Of a stretch of 64,000 nucleotides of DNA, positions 1 through 14,254 are shown in pieces. Position numbers and translations under genes: made by a program. This stretch comes from Lytechinus pictus (lineage: Eukaryota), in assembly GCF_037042905.1 (NCBI RefSeq), contig NC_087245.1:1302001-1366000 (forward strand). The letters are read 5' to 3'. Positions within the stretch are counted from its first letter, which is position 1. Each line of letters opens with the position of its first letter. The notes below the pieces were generated by a model that made no database searches, was not told the origin of the DNA, and was given only the letters and a program-made list of their open reading frames with translations.

Positions 1-2546
1 AGTCATGTTCATGATGTTCGTCCGAAAAGTATTGGGAATGATAACACAGGCCATTGATCCTCCCACTTCACACATATTGGGAGGGGTAATGAGCATGAGA
101 GTATCCCCCCCCCCACAGCCTTAACAGCTAACTTTGTTTTGGACTTTGATCAGACTACAAATCTTAGACTTGTATTATTTCAGTCTTGCCTCAATTTCTG
201 ATATGAATAATAACTAAAATTAATAACCATTTATGCTAATGAGCCAAGTGTGGATAAAATACGCCCCTCCCCACCCCCACCCATGCCCTCGATATCACTG
301 CCCAATGCATCCCCAAGACGCCCGCCAAGATTAGTCTGCTATGCAGACTTTGAAGGGCTCGTGAGGCGAAGCGCTGCGAGCGAAGCGATCCATTTCAGCT
401 ACAGTAAAACTAGTCTGCTATGCAGAATCGTTAAATCAGCTTTGGTACACACACTGCAGATGTGGGTCTAAATTTTGTAGACTACGCCAAGATCACGAGC
501 GAGATCGAGAGTGCGCGCGAGCTCGGTGGCCTTTTGTACCGGTACCGTACCGGTCCCGGGTACCTTATATACCGGGTACTATTTATATTTGCTCCGACCT
601 TTATTTTACCACCGCAAGTTTCGCTCACGTCGATCAGGATCACGTCGCTTCGAAATCTTGCATGGTGTTTTGAATTATTTGACTTGGACAATTTAGTTTT
701 CAAAGACTCAGTACCGATATGTAACGTACCGTACCGTACATCATATTTTGAAACGGAATCGCCATGAGCAGCAGGGGGAGCTACAGTCAGAAAAAGGTGA
801 GGACTTTCTCATTTCCCCCCAAACACATTACGGTACCGTACCGCCAGTACAAACCTCGCCAGCAGTTCCGGGGCGCGCGGCGGCCAGGGCCGGGTCGGGC
901 CGCGAAATTATTTTTCCCACTGGAGTTCCGGACCCCAATGAATATTCATAACCAGTACTACAGTAGAGAGGCGCACAGCTAATATGGGAGACTCTCTAAA
1001 GGAGACAATCTCCCATATTGGAGACTTGCTTTGCAAAATAACAAAAGAAACAACATCAACAGACAACAAAATCATGTTAGGGTGTCTGGAGAAAAAAATT
1101 ATTTTTCTTATTTCAAGAAAATATCACATTTTCTTTGTGAATTTGAAGAGAAATTACCTTCAGACTGACAGAAATGTAACATTTTTGAAAAAAATCCAAT
1201 TATTGGCTGCAAAAAAGAAGAATGAAATTAGGTAAATTTTCAGCATTTCTCTGCCATAGACTGTGTAGTTAAGAAATGGACACACACAAATCCAAATTTT
1301 TAGCTTCCGAGAGCTGTTATAAATTTATTATTAATGCCAAAAACTTGTCCATAAAGAGTCCAATAGGATTTTTTATGCTCTATCTGATGGTATGATTTTT
1401 ATAAAGATTTGGAAACCAGATCACAATGAAAAATTGCGACAAAGTGAAAAAAATTGTGCAAAACAGAAATTTCATTTTCCCATAGAAAACGCATGGAGAA
1501 ATGGCAATTTCAACACACACAAAAATAAGGGTTTGCAATTTATCTCTAAATCCTTATTTAAAATGATCATATAAACTTGTCCTTACTGTCAAAAGAAGCC
1601 CCTGAATTTTCTCTTTCCATACATGCCAAACACAAGTTAATAATCTATTCAGATCACATTTTTCTAGTAGCCTGAACTTCCCCGAAAAAATGTGCCATAT
1701 TTTCCCCTAAATTAGCCTGTTTTATGCTGACACTTTTCAGTGTGGCTTCAGACACTTTTTTCCACCCAAAATTTTGCCCCATGGGCATGGTATTTTAATG
1801 TTGCATGAGCCTGGGCCTGGGGTCGGACTCGAAGTAGCCAGGCCAGGGCCACTCACACTAGTACGAGGTTAGTATATATATATACTAACCGAACCGTGTT
1901 TGACCCTTGATTTCGAAGTAGTCTGCAAACATCGCTTCATTGCTGAAGTAATATTTGCCGAAACTCCTTCTCGCTACTCACCGGGGCTCTTTCCGGTAAG
2001 TAGCAATACATTAAAAAATTAAAAATGTAATTTGAATATAATAATCGGTCAAAAAGAGCAAATTTCGCTTACCTCGGCCTGGAAAGTATCTTCGCTTGTC
2101 TCTTCTAAAGTTCTACGGAAATACAAGTAGGCCCCTTGGTGGCGCTAATAAATTTCACAACCTTGATTCAGCTCCTCGGTAATTTTATAACTGTGTCTAA
2201 ATTCTTTGAATTCGCAATTCTTATGATTAATTTACTAATTATGGGCACCAATAAATGAAATACCTTCAAACATGTCAAAAACATAATTCAAGATTATTAT
2301 TGGCGATGATAACACTTTTCTGCAATTAATTTAAAACGATGACTAATAAAGAAAAATTGAAAAAAATATACGTGCCTGGAACGAAACCGGCAGTACAGGC
2401 TTTAACAAACATCAATAGTACGGTATTATACCAAAGTCTTTACAATGAAAAGATTGGACACTTCACGGACTTTGCGTAATGACCTGCGTCAATTTGCGTG
2501 TAAAATAGTGTAGGTGCCTAGTCTTTCCCTTGTCGTGTCTTTGATA

Positions 2547-3660
2547 TGAATATAAATCGCGCGCCCTCTTTAGACGAAAATTTATATCGGCGCTGACCAA
2601 ATTTTATCTCCGTGAAATCTTCACTAAAGATCAAGAAAATATACATATTTTTTAAAAGAAACTTCAAGGAGAAGTCACGGAAGGATCTAAATGATTGGGT
2701 AAGTGTCATAGCAGAATGTGAAATCCCTAATTATGTGTGATGTTTTATGTGGGCGAAAGCCCAGTAGTATATGGATGTGTCGTGTGTGTCGCGTTATTAT
2801 GAATGATATTCCTTCGCACGCGAGATGATATGAGCCCATGGGTGGGCCAGGGCCTGTCACTCGCACAACATGCGAAGTTATTATACTAACCTCGCACAAC
2901 GCATGTGATTTCATAGTGCATTTTGACGTTTTCATTCATCACACGAATGTCAGGGAATGAAACACGCCAAAAAGTTCAACATATTTCCTATACGTAATTT
3001 ACAACAATCACCTAGCTTTTTAATTTTATGTTATAAATTTATTCGAAATTATTTTTAAAAACAATTTTTAATGCTTACCTCCAAATTTCGGCCAAGATAC
3101 TCCGTCTGTCCGTCCAATTACTGCGGTGGAAATCACGCAAACAACAATTGAAATGCGATTTTTCCTATTTAACAGTCTCGATTTAAGTCGTCGGCGCATA
3201 GGAAATTGTAGAAAAAAAATCAACAGGTTGCAGTTCATGTATATACTTATAGGTAAAATACGCCATCTTTTGACAGATGATGATGAAAGTGGATTGAACG
3301 AGCATGAAAATAATGCTGAGCGCCTTGAATGCCGCTAGCAGTACAAGCTGCAGACAAACGGTACAAACCGGCATATGAATAATATCGCGCGCCCTCTTTA
3401 GGCAAAAATTGATATCCACGCTGATCAGGAGGCATCTACGTGAAGATCAAGCAAAAATGCTTTTTTTTAATTAAAAAAACAGCAAAGAGAATTCAACAAA
3501 CGATCCATATGGTTCGGTAATTGTCATAGCACAATTAGAAATCTAAGCTATAATGGTATGTCATAGTTATTTGAGCAAAAAGGGTGTGAAAGATTTGCGT
3601 GCACCAGGTGCATATGAATCCTTCGCACGCGAGATGAATTGAACCCATGGGTGGGGGCCT
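2547..3660 (+). repeat. Diverged ~300-bp direct duplication (2547-2855 and 3375-3660)
   Basis: Shared atcgcgcgccctctttag and ccttcgcacgcgagatga...cccatgggtggg. Confidence 0.75.
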
Positions 3661-5184
3661 GTGTGTTGCATGAAAGGGTGTTGCATGAAAGGGTCTTTCG
3701 TAGAACCATTCTACGTAAGAACGAGATATCGCTCAACTGTTCACAAAGCTGATTTGGGCGATACTAAGAATGGTCCTTGGAAAGACACCTCCCACTTGTT
3801 CACTGCAACCATCCTGCCTGTGGGGAATCAACAGGTAGGACTATGGTATGCCAATGCTGTACATAGCACACACTTTAAAAATCATTAAAATATCACTTTT
3901 GTGACCAAAATTACTAATTTAGTTGCAATTTATTTTTCATTAGTAACTTGGGAATGATTTTTGTATTCACCAGAGCGCTCAAAAACTTGAATTTTGGGCA
4001 TATTTTTGTGTACGCCCTCTATTGGTGGAAAGTAATATGGCAAGAAAATTTTCACTTTTCAATCTCTATTTTTAATTAAGGAAAAAAAATGATTTAAAGA
4101 ATCAAATTTACATAAGAGCCAAGTTATGTGATGAATAGCTGTATTGGAAACTGACATTGTAAGAAAATCAAGCATTTGTCCCATAGAAAAAGAGAAAATA
4201 AGCCAAAATTGCCACCCTTATTTTGCCACACATGGAGATGTAACTGAGAACAAGGTTATATCATAACCTTGTTCATTGAATGAGTGCAACCACCCTGCCT
4301 GTGGGGAATCTCCAGCTTGGACTATGGCATGCCAATGCTGTACAGAGCACACACTTTAAAAAATGATTAAAATATCACTTTTGTGACCAAAATTACTAAT
4401 TTCCATACAGTTGCAATTTATTTTTCACCAGTAACTTGGGTATAATTTTTGTATTCACTAGAGCGCTCAAAAACTTGAATTTTGGGCATATTTTGTGTAC
4501 ATGTAGTCATGTACGCCCTCTATTGATGGAAAATAATATGGCAAGAAAATTTTCATTTTTTATCTCTATTTTTAATTAAGAAAAAAAATGATTTAAAGAA
4601 TCAAATTTTCTTAAGGGCCAAGTTGTATGACAAAAAGGTGTAATGGAAACTGTCAGTGTAAAAAAATTAAGCATTTGTCCCAAAGAAAAAGAGAAAATAA
4701 GCCAAACATTGCCATCCTTATTTTGCCACACATGGAGATATAACTGAGAACAAGGTTATATCATAACCTTGTTCATTGAATGAGTGGACACCTCCAGACA
4801 TGTCCTACGTAGGCATGATCTTCTTTGCACACCGCCCGCCACCGTCGGCATTGAGAGAAAATGCGTTTACGGCAAGCCACACTGACATATCACCTTTAAA
4901 CATTTTTTTGGGTTGCACACTGATGCATTCTATCTGGGATGGTGCCAAGTTATTTTTTATATGGGGGCTAGTTGTCATCAATTTCAGGTTGTCTTTTTGC
5001 ACGGCAAGACGACCAAAAACAGATGTCATTTTAACTTCTCCGGGAATTATGTCTTGGGGTAATGTAGGCCAAAATATTTTTTAATGTTTTTTATTCTCCG
5101 TCCTATCCCCACACCAGTTTCCATTAATTTTTTTTGGAAATATCGAAATGGGCGGCACTATCTCTCTGACCCCTCATGCTTTCT
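3654..5184 (+). mobile_element. About 510-bp dispersed repeat interrupted by a 994-bp insertion
   Basis: 3654-3792 plus 4796-5184 match the reverse complement of 10817-11326. Confidence 0.85.
3793..4786. mobile_element. Nested element: head-to-tail dimer of ~500-bp units, flanked by a direct duplication
   Basis: gacacctcc at 3784-3792 and 4787-4795; ends cacttgttca...tgaatgagtg; units 3793-4286 and 4287-4786. Confidence 0.85.
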
Positions 5185-7882
5185 TGAATGGAGTAAACAA
5201 AATCAACAGTGTCTGATTGTATGAGACTAAAATATTAGAGGCTGCCTGTGAAAAATCTAATTTATTTATTGTATTTGTCAGATATAATGCAAGAAATACA
5301 AATGTGAGTGTTTAGAGTATAAACATACCTCAGTTGCATGATGAGTAACCGAAGACAAGGAAAATATGAAAATTGCTGCAAACATGTTCAAGTGGATAAA
5401 GTCATGAAATTAGTGCTTTGCAATAACAATTAAAACATAGAAAAAGGTGTGCAATCCGCAATGGAAAAAATACTATTTACAGAAATAATGCTAAATATTA
5501 CAATGATCATAAACGTTGGTCATCTTTAAAGTTGATCACTTAAAGTACACACCCGCAGAATCAAAACTATTTTATAATTAATTTTTGTTGTCATCATTGT
5601 AAAGGGGAAGGATTACTTATCATATATCTAACTTCACTTTTTGAAATAGTGATTAGAGTTTGCAGAAATCGGCTCTCAAAAATGATTTATTTTCATGCCA
5701 TATTTCTGCCTTCCACCGGTCCTCTTGCGAGCTCCAGCTGAGTGACGTCACACAATGAGCGGTGAGCAGCTGAGCTGACAGCAGCCCATTGAAGACGACC
5801 TTTCCAATCAGCGTTTTTTGCTCTTAGAATTGTTTATTCCTCATAAGATTGGTCTTGTTATATAGATAAAAGTTTGAATTTACTGAACAATGAAATAAAA
5901 TGCACATTTAACGTATATTGGTAACCGATATTTAGCTTAGAAATCACACTTGCGTCACATTAATATTATAATCAATATAAAGCATAGACATTCTTCTTCA
6001 CGACTGAACAAAAATTATGAAATTTCATTACGTAACAAAGTCAGGAACCACAAAAAACATGGCAATATCCATCGCGAAATGATTGGAATTGCAGTTGAAT
6101 TGCCGAAGCATTATGAGGCAACAGCGGCGAATGGTCTTTTTTTATATATACTTAAAAACCCGAGCGGGAGTAAGAAGCGGTCTGTGGCCAAACCGGTAAA
6201 ACGTTATTTTGATGAGTACGAGGACCCTGGTTCGAAACTCGTGATATTTTCTTTGTTCGGGGATTTTTTTAAAAATCATTTTATTCCTTCCCCATTCCTA
6301 CCCAGCTCTTTTTATTTTCATGTGAGATTCTATTCAGACCTGCATTTATTAAATCGTACTTCTTAATTGCTGCTTTTGATTTTCAAGTTCTTGATTAGAT
6401 TCTACACTTATTTGGGCAGGGATGGGAGGGGTAGAGGATGAGTTACAATGTAAATGTCAAGTCCACATCAAGTAAAAATTATTTGAATAGAGTAATTTCC
6501 CTTGTTTTTTTACTCAAAACAGTTATAAACACAAAACAATGACATGCAAATTAGAGTTGATTATGTCACATCTTATTCATTTCAAATTTTGTTTAGCATT
6601 TTATTTTTTATTATTTAATTTGAATCAGTTTCTATGAAATTTTCTGAATATTTTTTTTTTAAATTCAAATGAATTTTTGGTTGGGTGGACTTCTCCTTTA
6701 CTCTTCACATGGAATGCATAGCAATATTTATCCAGAAACAAAGGTATGTTACAAAATTGTCTTAAAATGTGCAAACCAGTAATTGAACACATGTTCACAT
6801 TCCTTTCATCCAGGCCACTTCCTCGATCACATCCACCAGGCTTACAGTCTTATAACAAACATGATGCACCATCACACAACTGCAAACAACATTCACAGTG
6901 CTTCACAATAAATATTTCACTTTTGTTCATACATGCAATGAATATTGTGGAAAACAAATAAAAGGCGTACCCATATTCCAATATCATTTAAAAGGACAAA
7001 TATATTATACCTTTCGAGAAAAAAATTATGACGATATATACACGATACTTAACTTTCAGCAATCAGCATGGTATATACAGAGTTGCTAACAAAATATAAC
7101 TTTGGGGCTTTGCAAGAAACTTATGTTCAAAGCGTAAGTCTCAAATTCAAATTCAAGTGTTATAAGGTCGAGTGTGCAATTCAACTACATGTTTGTGTTT
7201 TAATCAAAGGACTTACCCTTGATTTGGGACGTGTGATTGAGTAGAAAATTTCTCATAAAATGCCCTAGTTACATTACAATTGTTCTTTCGTTTTAAATTG
7301 TGTTCTTATTTTTGACAAGCTGTATTCCTGTATATTCAATGTTACAGTCCTCTCCAAAACTGCTCTAAATTGTTGTTTCCAAGATCAATTCAGATCATTA
7401 TCAGTCCAAAATTTGCAAACCGTAGCTCCAGGAAAGCAGAGTGAAGAAAAAATGGCTACATGTCCATATCAGAATCTCCCAGATTGAAGTAGAAAGCAGA
7501 GACCAGAGTCAGCAAGTGTGCAGATCTGTATGTCGAAGAGAGAGAGAAAAAAGAAATAGTCTAAATAATCAAAGTATGAATTTTATTATGTTGATGATTA
7601 AGAAGGACTACAAGAAATACTGTCTTCAACAGCCACAATATTTTTGAACAAACTGGTTAATAAATGTACTACAGGCTATGGTAGGAAGTATGTACACTAG
7701 TAGGAAGCCTACCAGACATTTCTAGTTTGACTTTAATCAGTTTATATTCTAGTTTTGGTGCACAGATTATCATCATCATCTGATACAGGAATAAGCCGGT
7801 GCAGTGGCATGTAATTCCCGGTCGACGATAAATAATAGTGGGTTTAGACTGAAAAGTTCTACTCAGAGCACCAGTGCTCTAC

Positions 7883-7997
7883 CTCAAGTGATGTTCGTGT
7901 AGGCTCCACTCCACTTCACTATCGCTACATTACATGTACGCTACCCGGGTATAGGTGTAGCGGTAGTGAAGTGGAGCCTACACGAACATCACTTGAG
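7883..7997. repeat. Small foldback element
   Basis: ctcaagtgatgttcgtgtaggctccac / gtggagcctacacgaacatcacttgag; a half copy lies at about 13953-14010. Confidence 0.8.
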
Positions 7998-8207
7998 CCG
8001 TGCTCTCCGGGTCATAACAAAGAGTGCATTTATCTTCATTTTTTAAAGAAACACCAGACTCTAATTTCGGTCAGGAATCAGGGCACTCACACGTATTGCG
8101 AGGTTAGTATTAGTATACTAATCAGGGAATCAGGGTAACCACTGCTGAAATTTTGTCTGGCTTCATGAATCATGACATCCTAATTCCGAGTAGAAAAAAA
8201 AGCTTAA

Positions 8208-8802
8208 AGGGGAATCCAGCCTTGGCCATACAATGTTGTGTTGAGAAGGAGAAAAATAGATTAAAGAGAATAGTGAAAGTTTGAAAGAAATCGGACAAGC
8301 AATAAGAAAGTTGTAGCTGCTTTAAAATTGAGATCACTAATACTATGTAGATTTCAAATTGGCAATTGGGTAAGTAAATTATGACAAGGGGCAAGGACAA
8401 CTTTCCCATAGGCCATGTACTTTATTATCAGGGATTTGTGGTTTTCTCCTAAGTACCCATTCCCCTGGGGCAGTAATCTAAATATAACCCAGGTAGTATA
8501 TTGTTTTACGTCCTCATGAAAGAAAAATATAATTTGAAATAAAACTTCTTGGAAAAATGACATTTTAGCCATAATATGTATTGGAGTACATGGAAGAGTA
8601 GTCCTTGCCTTACATCACTATGACATCCCATATGCGGCCAATTTGAAGTCTCCATGGGTATAGTGATTACCAATATTTAAAAAATTTTAAAATTCATAAC
8701 TTTATTGTTGTTTGTCCAATTTTGTTCAAACTTTCACCTATCAACTTGTTTGATTTTTCTTTTCCTTATAAATACAAGATTTTATTTGGGTTGGATTCCC
8801 CT
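8208..8802. mobile_element. TTAA-flanked MITE (Kolobok-like AG...CT ends)
   Basis: ttaa-aggggaatcca ... tggattcccct-ttaa. Confidence 0.85.
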
Positions 8803-9215
8803 TTAATTAAACATTCCTCTGAAACGAAACCGCAGATTTTTCAGTATAACCAAGCCATTGCCTGGCCAGTTTATTTAGAAATCTGACTGAAGAAAAAATC
8901 TGCTGCAAAAACCTTTTAAAAAAAGACTTTAGGGCCTACGTAGTCTACTAGTACAGCTTAAAATAATGCATGATTCTAAAATTACCGTTATTATTAGATC
9001 TGTATCTGTCATCTGACCTGAATGCATCGTCAGTCAGATGCCAGAGCATACAAGTACAATTTCCAAACAGGCTTACCTTGACTTTAGTTTAAGGTATGAC
9101 GCCTTTTGTGGATGGATCAAACAGCGTAATGTGCAGCATCAACTGCCCTTGCAGAGCCCCAGCGGCAAGCAGTGAATGGGCAGTTACATGAACACCTTTG
9201 AGTTTTTCAATAAAC

Positions 9216-9259
9216 ACTGACTGACTGACTGACTGACTGACTGACTGACTGACTGACTG
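9216..9259. repeat. (ACTG)n microsatellite
   Basis: About 11 perfect units. Confidence 0.95.
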
Positions 9260-10046
9260 AGTGGAGCAACACAACCCACGACGCCTGTCAGCTGTCCAGT
9301 GGACAAAATCGGTCTTTACAGTTCCCAGTTCAATAAAAACGGGCAAAGAAACACAGTTCTGGTTCACTTGTGGTCTGAAGTTGTCGAAAACAGAAATCGG
9401 ATATCAAATTACATGAAGAAAACTGTAAATTCGGAAGATATTGAACAGGTCAGTAAGATGATTCAGTGTATTATGCACAGAGGGATGATGAGCTCGACGA
9501 TTGAGTGACGTCATTATTCTCGACTGTTTTCACTGCGTGAACTGTCGGTCTGGGGGCGGCTGGGGGGCTGAAAAGGGTCTCTAATAATTTCATTTCTTGC
9601 AATTCCACGACATCTATAAGACTTTTTAGTGACACATTTGTGTATAAAAAGACGAGACCTTTCCATCCATATACAATTTGTCTATAATCATCACTTTCGT
9701 GAATTTTCTTCTAGTGTGTACTTTAATGATTTATGGAAGCTTATTCAACATTTCAAAGTTGAGGAGTATAGAGACTACATTATTGCTTTAACATTACATA
9801 GGGGCCGAAAGGGGCCTACCCTATGATTTAAAATGCGCCTCTTCGTATGGACTTTCCATAATCTTTTCTTTAATGAACTAGCTTATCTTCATTTGTAATA
9901 ACTGTGATGGATTCGTAAGCTATAGGCCTAATCTGTATCTTGAATTCAATTAGCTATTTGTTACTGCAGATTTTTTGTTTTGTTTCACTGTTTCACATCT
10001 CAAGTTAGCCCAAATCTGACAACTAACTTTCATTGATAAAAATTAA

Positions 10047-10630
10047 AGGAGAATGAAACCCTTGAAACCAGCTGAATCCATATCAAAGAGAAAAATCAAA
10101 GAAACATATTGTTGAAAGTTTGAGGAAGATTGAATGAATAATAAGAAAGTTATGAGCATTTGAATATTGAGATCACTAATGCCATGTAGTTCCTCCCATT
10201 GGCAATGCGACCAAGATCTGTGATGTCACACACGTACAACTCCCTCATTACTTTATTACTTATTTCACTTATATTCTCACTTTTATAGAGTCTATCACAA
10301 GGTGAGGTGTTCTCTTTATGAGAGGACAAGTACAGAGGTTTCACAACATTATATCATTGATGAATCGTTTGTCATATGATTAGAATGAGCAAAAAGAGAT
10401 GTTTTGGGGTATATTTTCAGTGTCCAAAAGGGGAAAGTTGTTCATCTGTGACATCATAGATCTTGGTCGCATTGCCAATGGGAGGATCTCCATATCATTA
10501 GTGATCTCGACATTCAAATGCTCATAACTCTTCTATTGCTAGTCCTATTTTACTCAAACTTTTGTTGATCTTATCCTTTGATTTTTCTGCTTTCACAAAA
10601 GCTAACTTGCTCCAAGAGTTTCATTCTCCT
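10047..10630. mobile_element. TTAA-flanked MITE with long inverted arms
   Basis: ttaa-aggagaatgaaac ... gtttcattctcct-ttaa; internal arms such as cccattggcaatgcgaccaagatct / agatcttggtcgcattgccaatggg. Confidence 0.88.
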
Positions 10631-10816
10631 TTAATCTCAGCAAAAAGAAAATAATTATAATGAAAATGAAATGAAAATAAATGAATGATTAACCATGTTT
10701 AACATTTTAGTTTTGTATTGTGTCTTTTTTTTGCTGAACGTTATAAATACGTTTTTTACCTTACATAATTTTTTTTAAAAGAAATTTGTTTTCATTTTGT
10801 TTAATTATCTATAATG

Positions 10817-11326
10817 AGAAAGCATGAGGGGTCAGAGAGATAGTGTCGCCCATTTCGATATTTAAAAAAAAATTAATGGAAATGGTGTGGGGATATAGGA
10901 CAGAGAATAAAAGAAAACATATTAAAAAAAATATTTGGGCCTACATTACCCCCGCGGACATAATGCCCTGAGAAGTTAAAATGACATTTGTTTTTGGTTG
11001 TCTTGCCGTGCAAAAAGACGACCTGAAATTGATGACAACTAGCCCCCATATAAAAAATAACTTGGCGCCATCCCAGATAAGATGCATCAGTGTGCAACCC
11101 CAAAAATTGTTTTGTCAGTGTGGCTTGCCATAAACGCATTTTCTCTCAATGCCGACGGTGGCGGGCGGTGTGCAAAGAAGATCATGCCTACGTAGGACTA
11201 TGTCTGGAGGTGTCTTTCCAAGGACCATTCTTTGTATCGCCCAAATCGGCTTTGTGAAACAGTTGAGCGATATCTCGTTCTTACGTAGAATGGTTCTACG
11301 AAAGACCCTTTCATGCAACAGGCCCC
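10817..11326 (-). mobile_element. Uninterrupted copy of the repeat at 3654-5184
   Basis: High-identity inverted match; one end resembles the ggggcc-type MITE termini. Confidence 0.85.
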
Positions 11327-13187
11327 AGGAGGCTTCTAGAGAGTAAAAATCATTTACTAACGTATGCTTACTCTCAACGAAGCCAGGTATTCCTTCCCAT
11401 TCATCTCCACGTACCGCTGAAAAACCTGAAACCTTCGCCCCCTAGATTTCTACTTTCCTTCTAAAAGATCTAGCCCTAAATCATGTACATGGGATAAAAC
11501 TTCATTTCCGACATTTGTACGTTCTCATTTTTATTTTTAAACAAGAATTCATTTAAAAAATGAGAAAAATATTGTGAAAAGACGGAAGAGACTTGCCCGA
11601 TGTTTACGCCACCATCTTGTTTCCTATTGTACTTCCCCAACGTTACGGGGACATGGACAGCAATTATTGGAATTGAGAGTGCTAAAAATAGATTCAGTGA
11701 CCTCGATTCCCCCTTGTTCACCTATTTTTCATGACTTGCGGTCTTTCAATAATCTTGTTCTGAAACCTGATACATTGACTAGCGCACTCGATTGATGTCG
11801 GCACTTGACAGGTGAATGAACTTTCCTAGATTTCTTGTGTGGATAAATCTTTGAAAACTGAGACAGTCCCTGTAAACTGGGATGATCCCAATATGCTGAC
11901 CGGCGCCTCTACTGACAGATGACGGGGTGGACTTCAGACGCTTGTCCCTCCCCCCCCAAAAAAAAGTCACGACCAAGAAAAAAAGAAAGGGAAAGAGAGA
12001 AGTGTGAAATATTTTCTGAATATGCCATACATACTGTAATTGGATTTTTTATAAAATTTTTGCTTGCTCACAACTTTTCTTTATAAATTTTGCCCGATAC
12101 GCCATATCCAGCCCCTTCAAAAAGTTGGATCATTACGCTACTGATTTGTTTCATTACATTACTATTCAAATGCTAATTTATTCAGAATAGAATACGCTAT
12201 TTCTCCTAATAATTTTATTGTTTTATATGGCTTTGTGGAATTGTTGGGGGTCTAAAATTGCTTCATTAATATGCAATTTTATTCAAAAGCACAAAAAATT
12301 GCAAGCTAGAGCTCTTCTTTTTCTCCTAATTGTCAGTTATGTAATGAGCTCAAAATTTTGAGGGGTCAGATATGTATCGGGCATAATGTACTAAAAGTTG
12401 TGAGCGAGCAAGAAAAAAATTCCTTTAAAAAAAATCAAATTTCGTATCAGATTTTGACATAAAAATATTCAGAAAATGATATCATATTTCACCTTTCTCT
12501 CTTTTCTTTCCCCTTTTTTAGTCGTCATGTTTGGGGGAGGGGAAGCGCCCTAAGCCCCCCCCCCTCTATTAATATTATATAGTTGTTATTATTTGATGAA
12601 TAATTTTCATAGAAACGACTGGTTCAGAAAACTATCAAACACAGCCTTTCGTGAAAAGCTCCCCTGGTTGTCCCGAAAAGTTGCGTCTATTTGACTCCCC
12701 TCCCTCAACCCACCCTTTGGAGAAAAGCTCCCCCTGGTTTTCTCGAAAGGGTGCGGCCAGGGTGCTCCGCGAACGCAGACGATCGTAACAAGCCGAATAA
12801 GAGTATGCATGCACTTTGTCGTTGACTTTATCTTTGCAAAAGAGACCTTTTGTTTTCTGCGAAGAGCCATGTGGACGTATGGAATTGGGAACTCTGCGCA
12901 TGAGCGAATCTGGGTGACAAGCCCTCTCGTCAGTAGAGACTGTTAGAGGCGCTGGTCCAAAAATTGGTATTGTCCCAGAAAACAAGGATATCCTCATAAA
13001 CCAAGACAAATTTTGTCTTGATAAATTGAGATTATCCGTGTTGATGGAGACAGTTTTTTTTCACTTACCCCTGCAGCAATGACGGGAATGGAAAGTGCTA
13101 AAAATAGATTCAGTGCCTTCAATTCCTGCAGTTCACCATCTATTTTTCACAACTTGCTGTCTTCCAGTAATCTTGTTATGAAACCTG

Positions 13188-13346
13188 GTGGGTGTTTCAT
13201 AAAGCTGTCCGTAAGATAAGAACGACTGGTGATCCTTTCTTTTGGTAAATGGTATACACCATAGGCGGTGGTTTAGCGCGTAAAAAGGATCACGAGTCGT
13301 TCTTAAAGTCGCTCTTAACTTACGAACAGCTTTATGAAACGGCCTC
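13188..13346. mobile_element. Harbinger-like MITE with CTG TSD
   Basis: TIR gtttcataaagctgt/acagctttatgaaac flanked by ctg on both sides; empty-site paralog near 11766. Confidence 0.75.
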
Positions 13347-14254
13347 CTGATGTTTACACTGACCAGCGCCTCTACTGCTCGTTTACTGCCCAAATCTGTG
13401 ACTCGTATTTGAAGGTTTTGATGTTCGATGTCATCATAGTACTGGAACGAGCACTAGTTCGTACATGATGACTTTATCCAAGCTGAGAAAAAGTGAATGA
13501 AGCCGCATCAACATTTGAGTTTCAGTGATTCAACAGGGTTGGTAAACGGCTAGACCAAAAGCTTTAGTCTCTGTATTTTTTGGGGGGGATTGTTCCGCTT
13601 AATTGCATTGGCTCCACTCACCGATAGATCTACATAGACTGAAGTGTTGTTGGCCCCTACGTAAAGACAACGTATTGGCAGTAACATAGATCTATCATTT
13701 GGCGAAAATCAAATTTTTGGATTTTTTTTTTTTACATAAAATGTAACATTTTAATTAGACAAAAACAAATAATCTAGACAAAACACTATACTATAGGCCC
13801 GAATTGGGCGAAATGATTACACACGAAGGTTCGCACTAACGTACTAAAGTTGGTGAATGGGGATGATAGTAAAATGTCAGAAATTGTTGAATAAATCCCC
13901 AGAAACGACGGTTATTCCTGTGTAGTAAACGGCAAGTAGGCTGCTTGTTACTACCTCAAGTGGTGTTCGTGTAGGCTCCTGGCGCCACTCCACTTCACTA
14001 CCGCTACACTACGCTCCACCTAAATGTACCTGAACATCAAGCCTGTGAACTTGCTCTGATACTCGGAGTGACAAAGGTGGAATTTTATGGGGGGAAAATA
14101 TAAATCTCATGCACCAACACGATTTTAAAAAGAATAAGAAACTTCCTTCAGTTCATTCTAATTTCACTCCATATCCATCTTCCGGTTGGTCTCAAAATTG
14201 GTGATTTAGAGCCAGTATCGGGTTCCTCACACGTATTACTTCATGGCCGATTCC

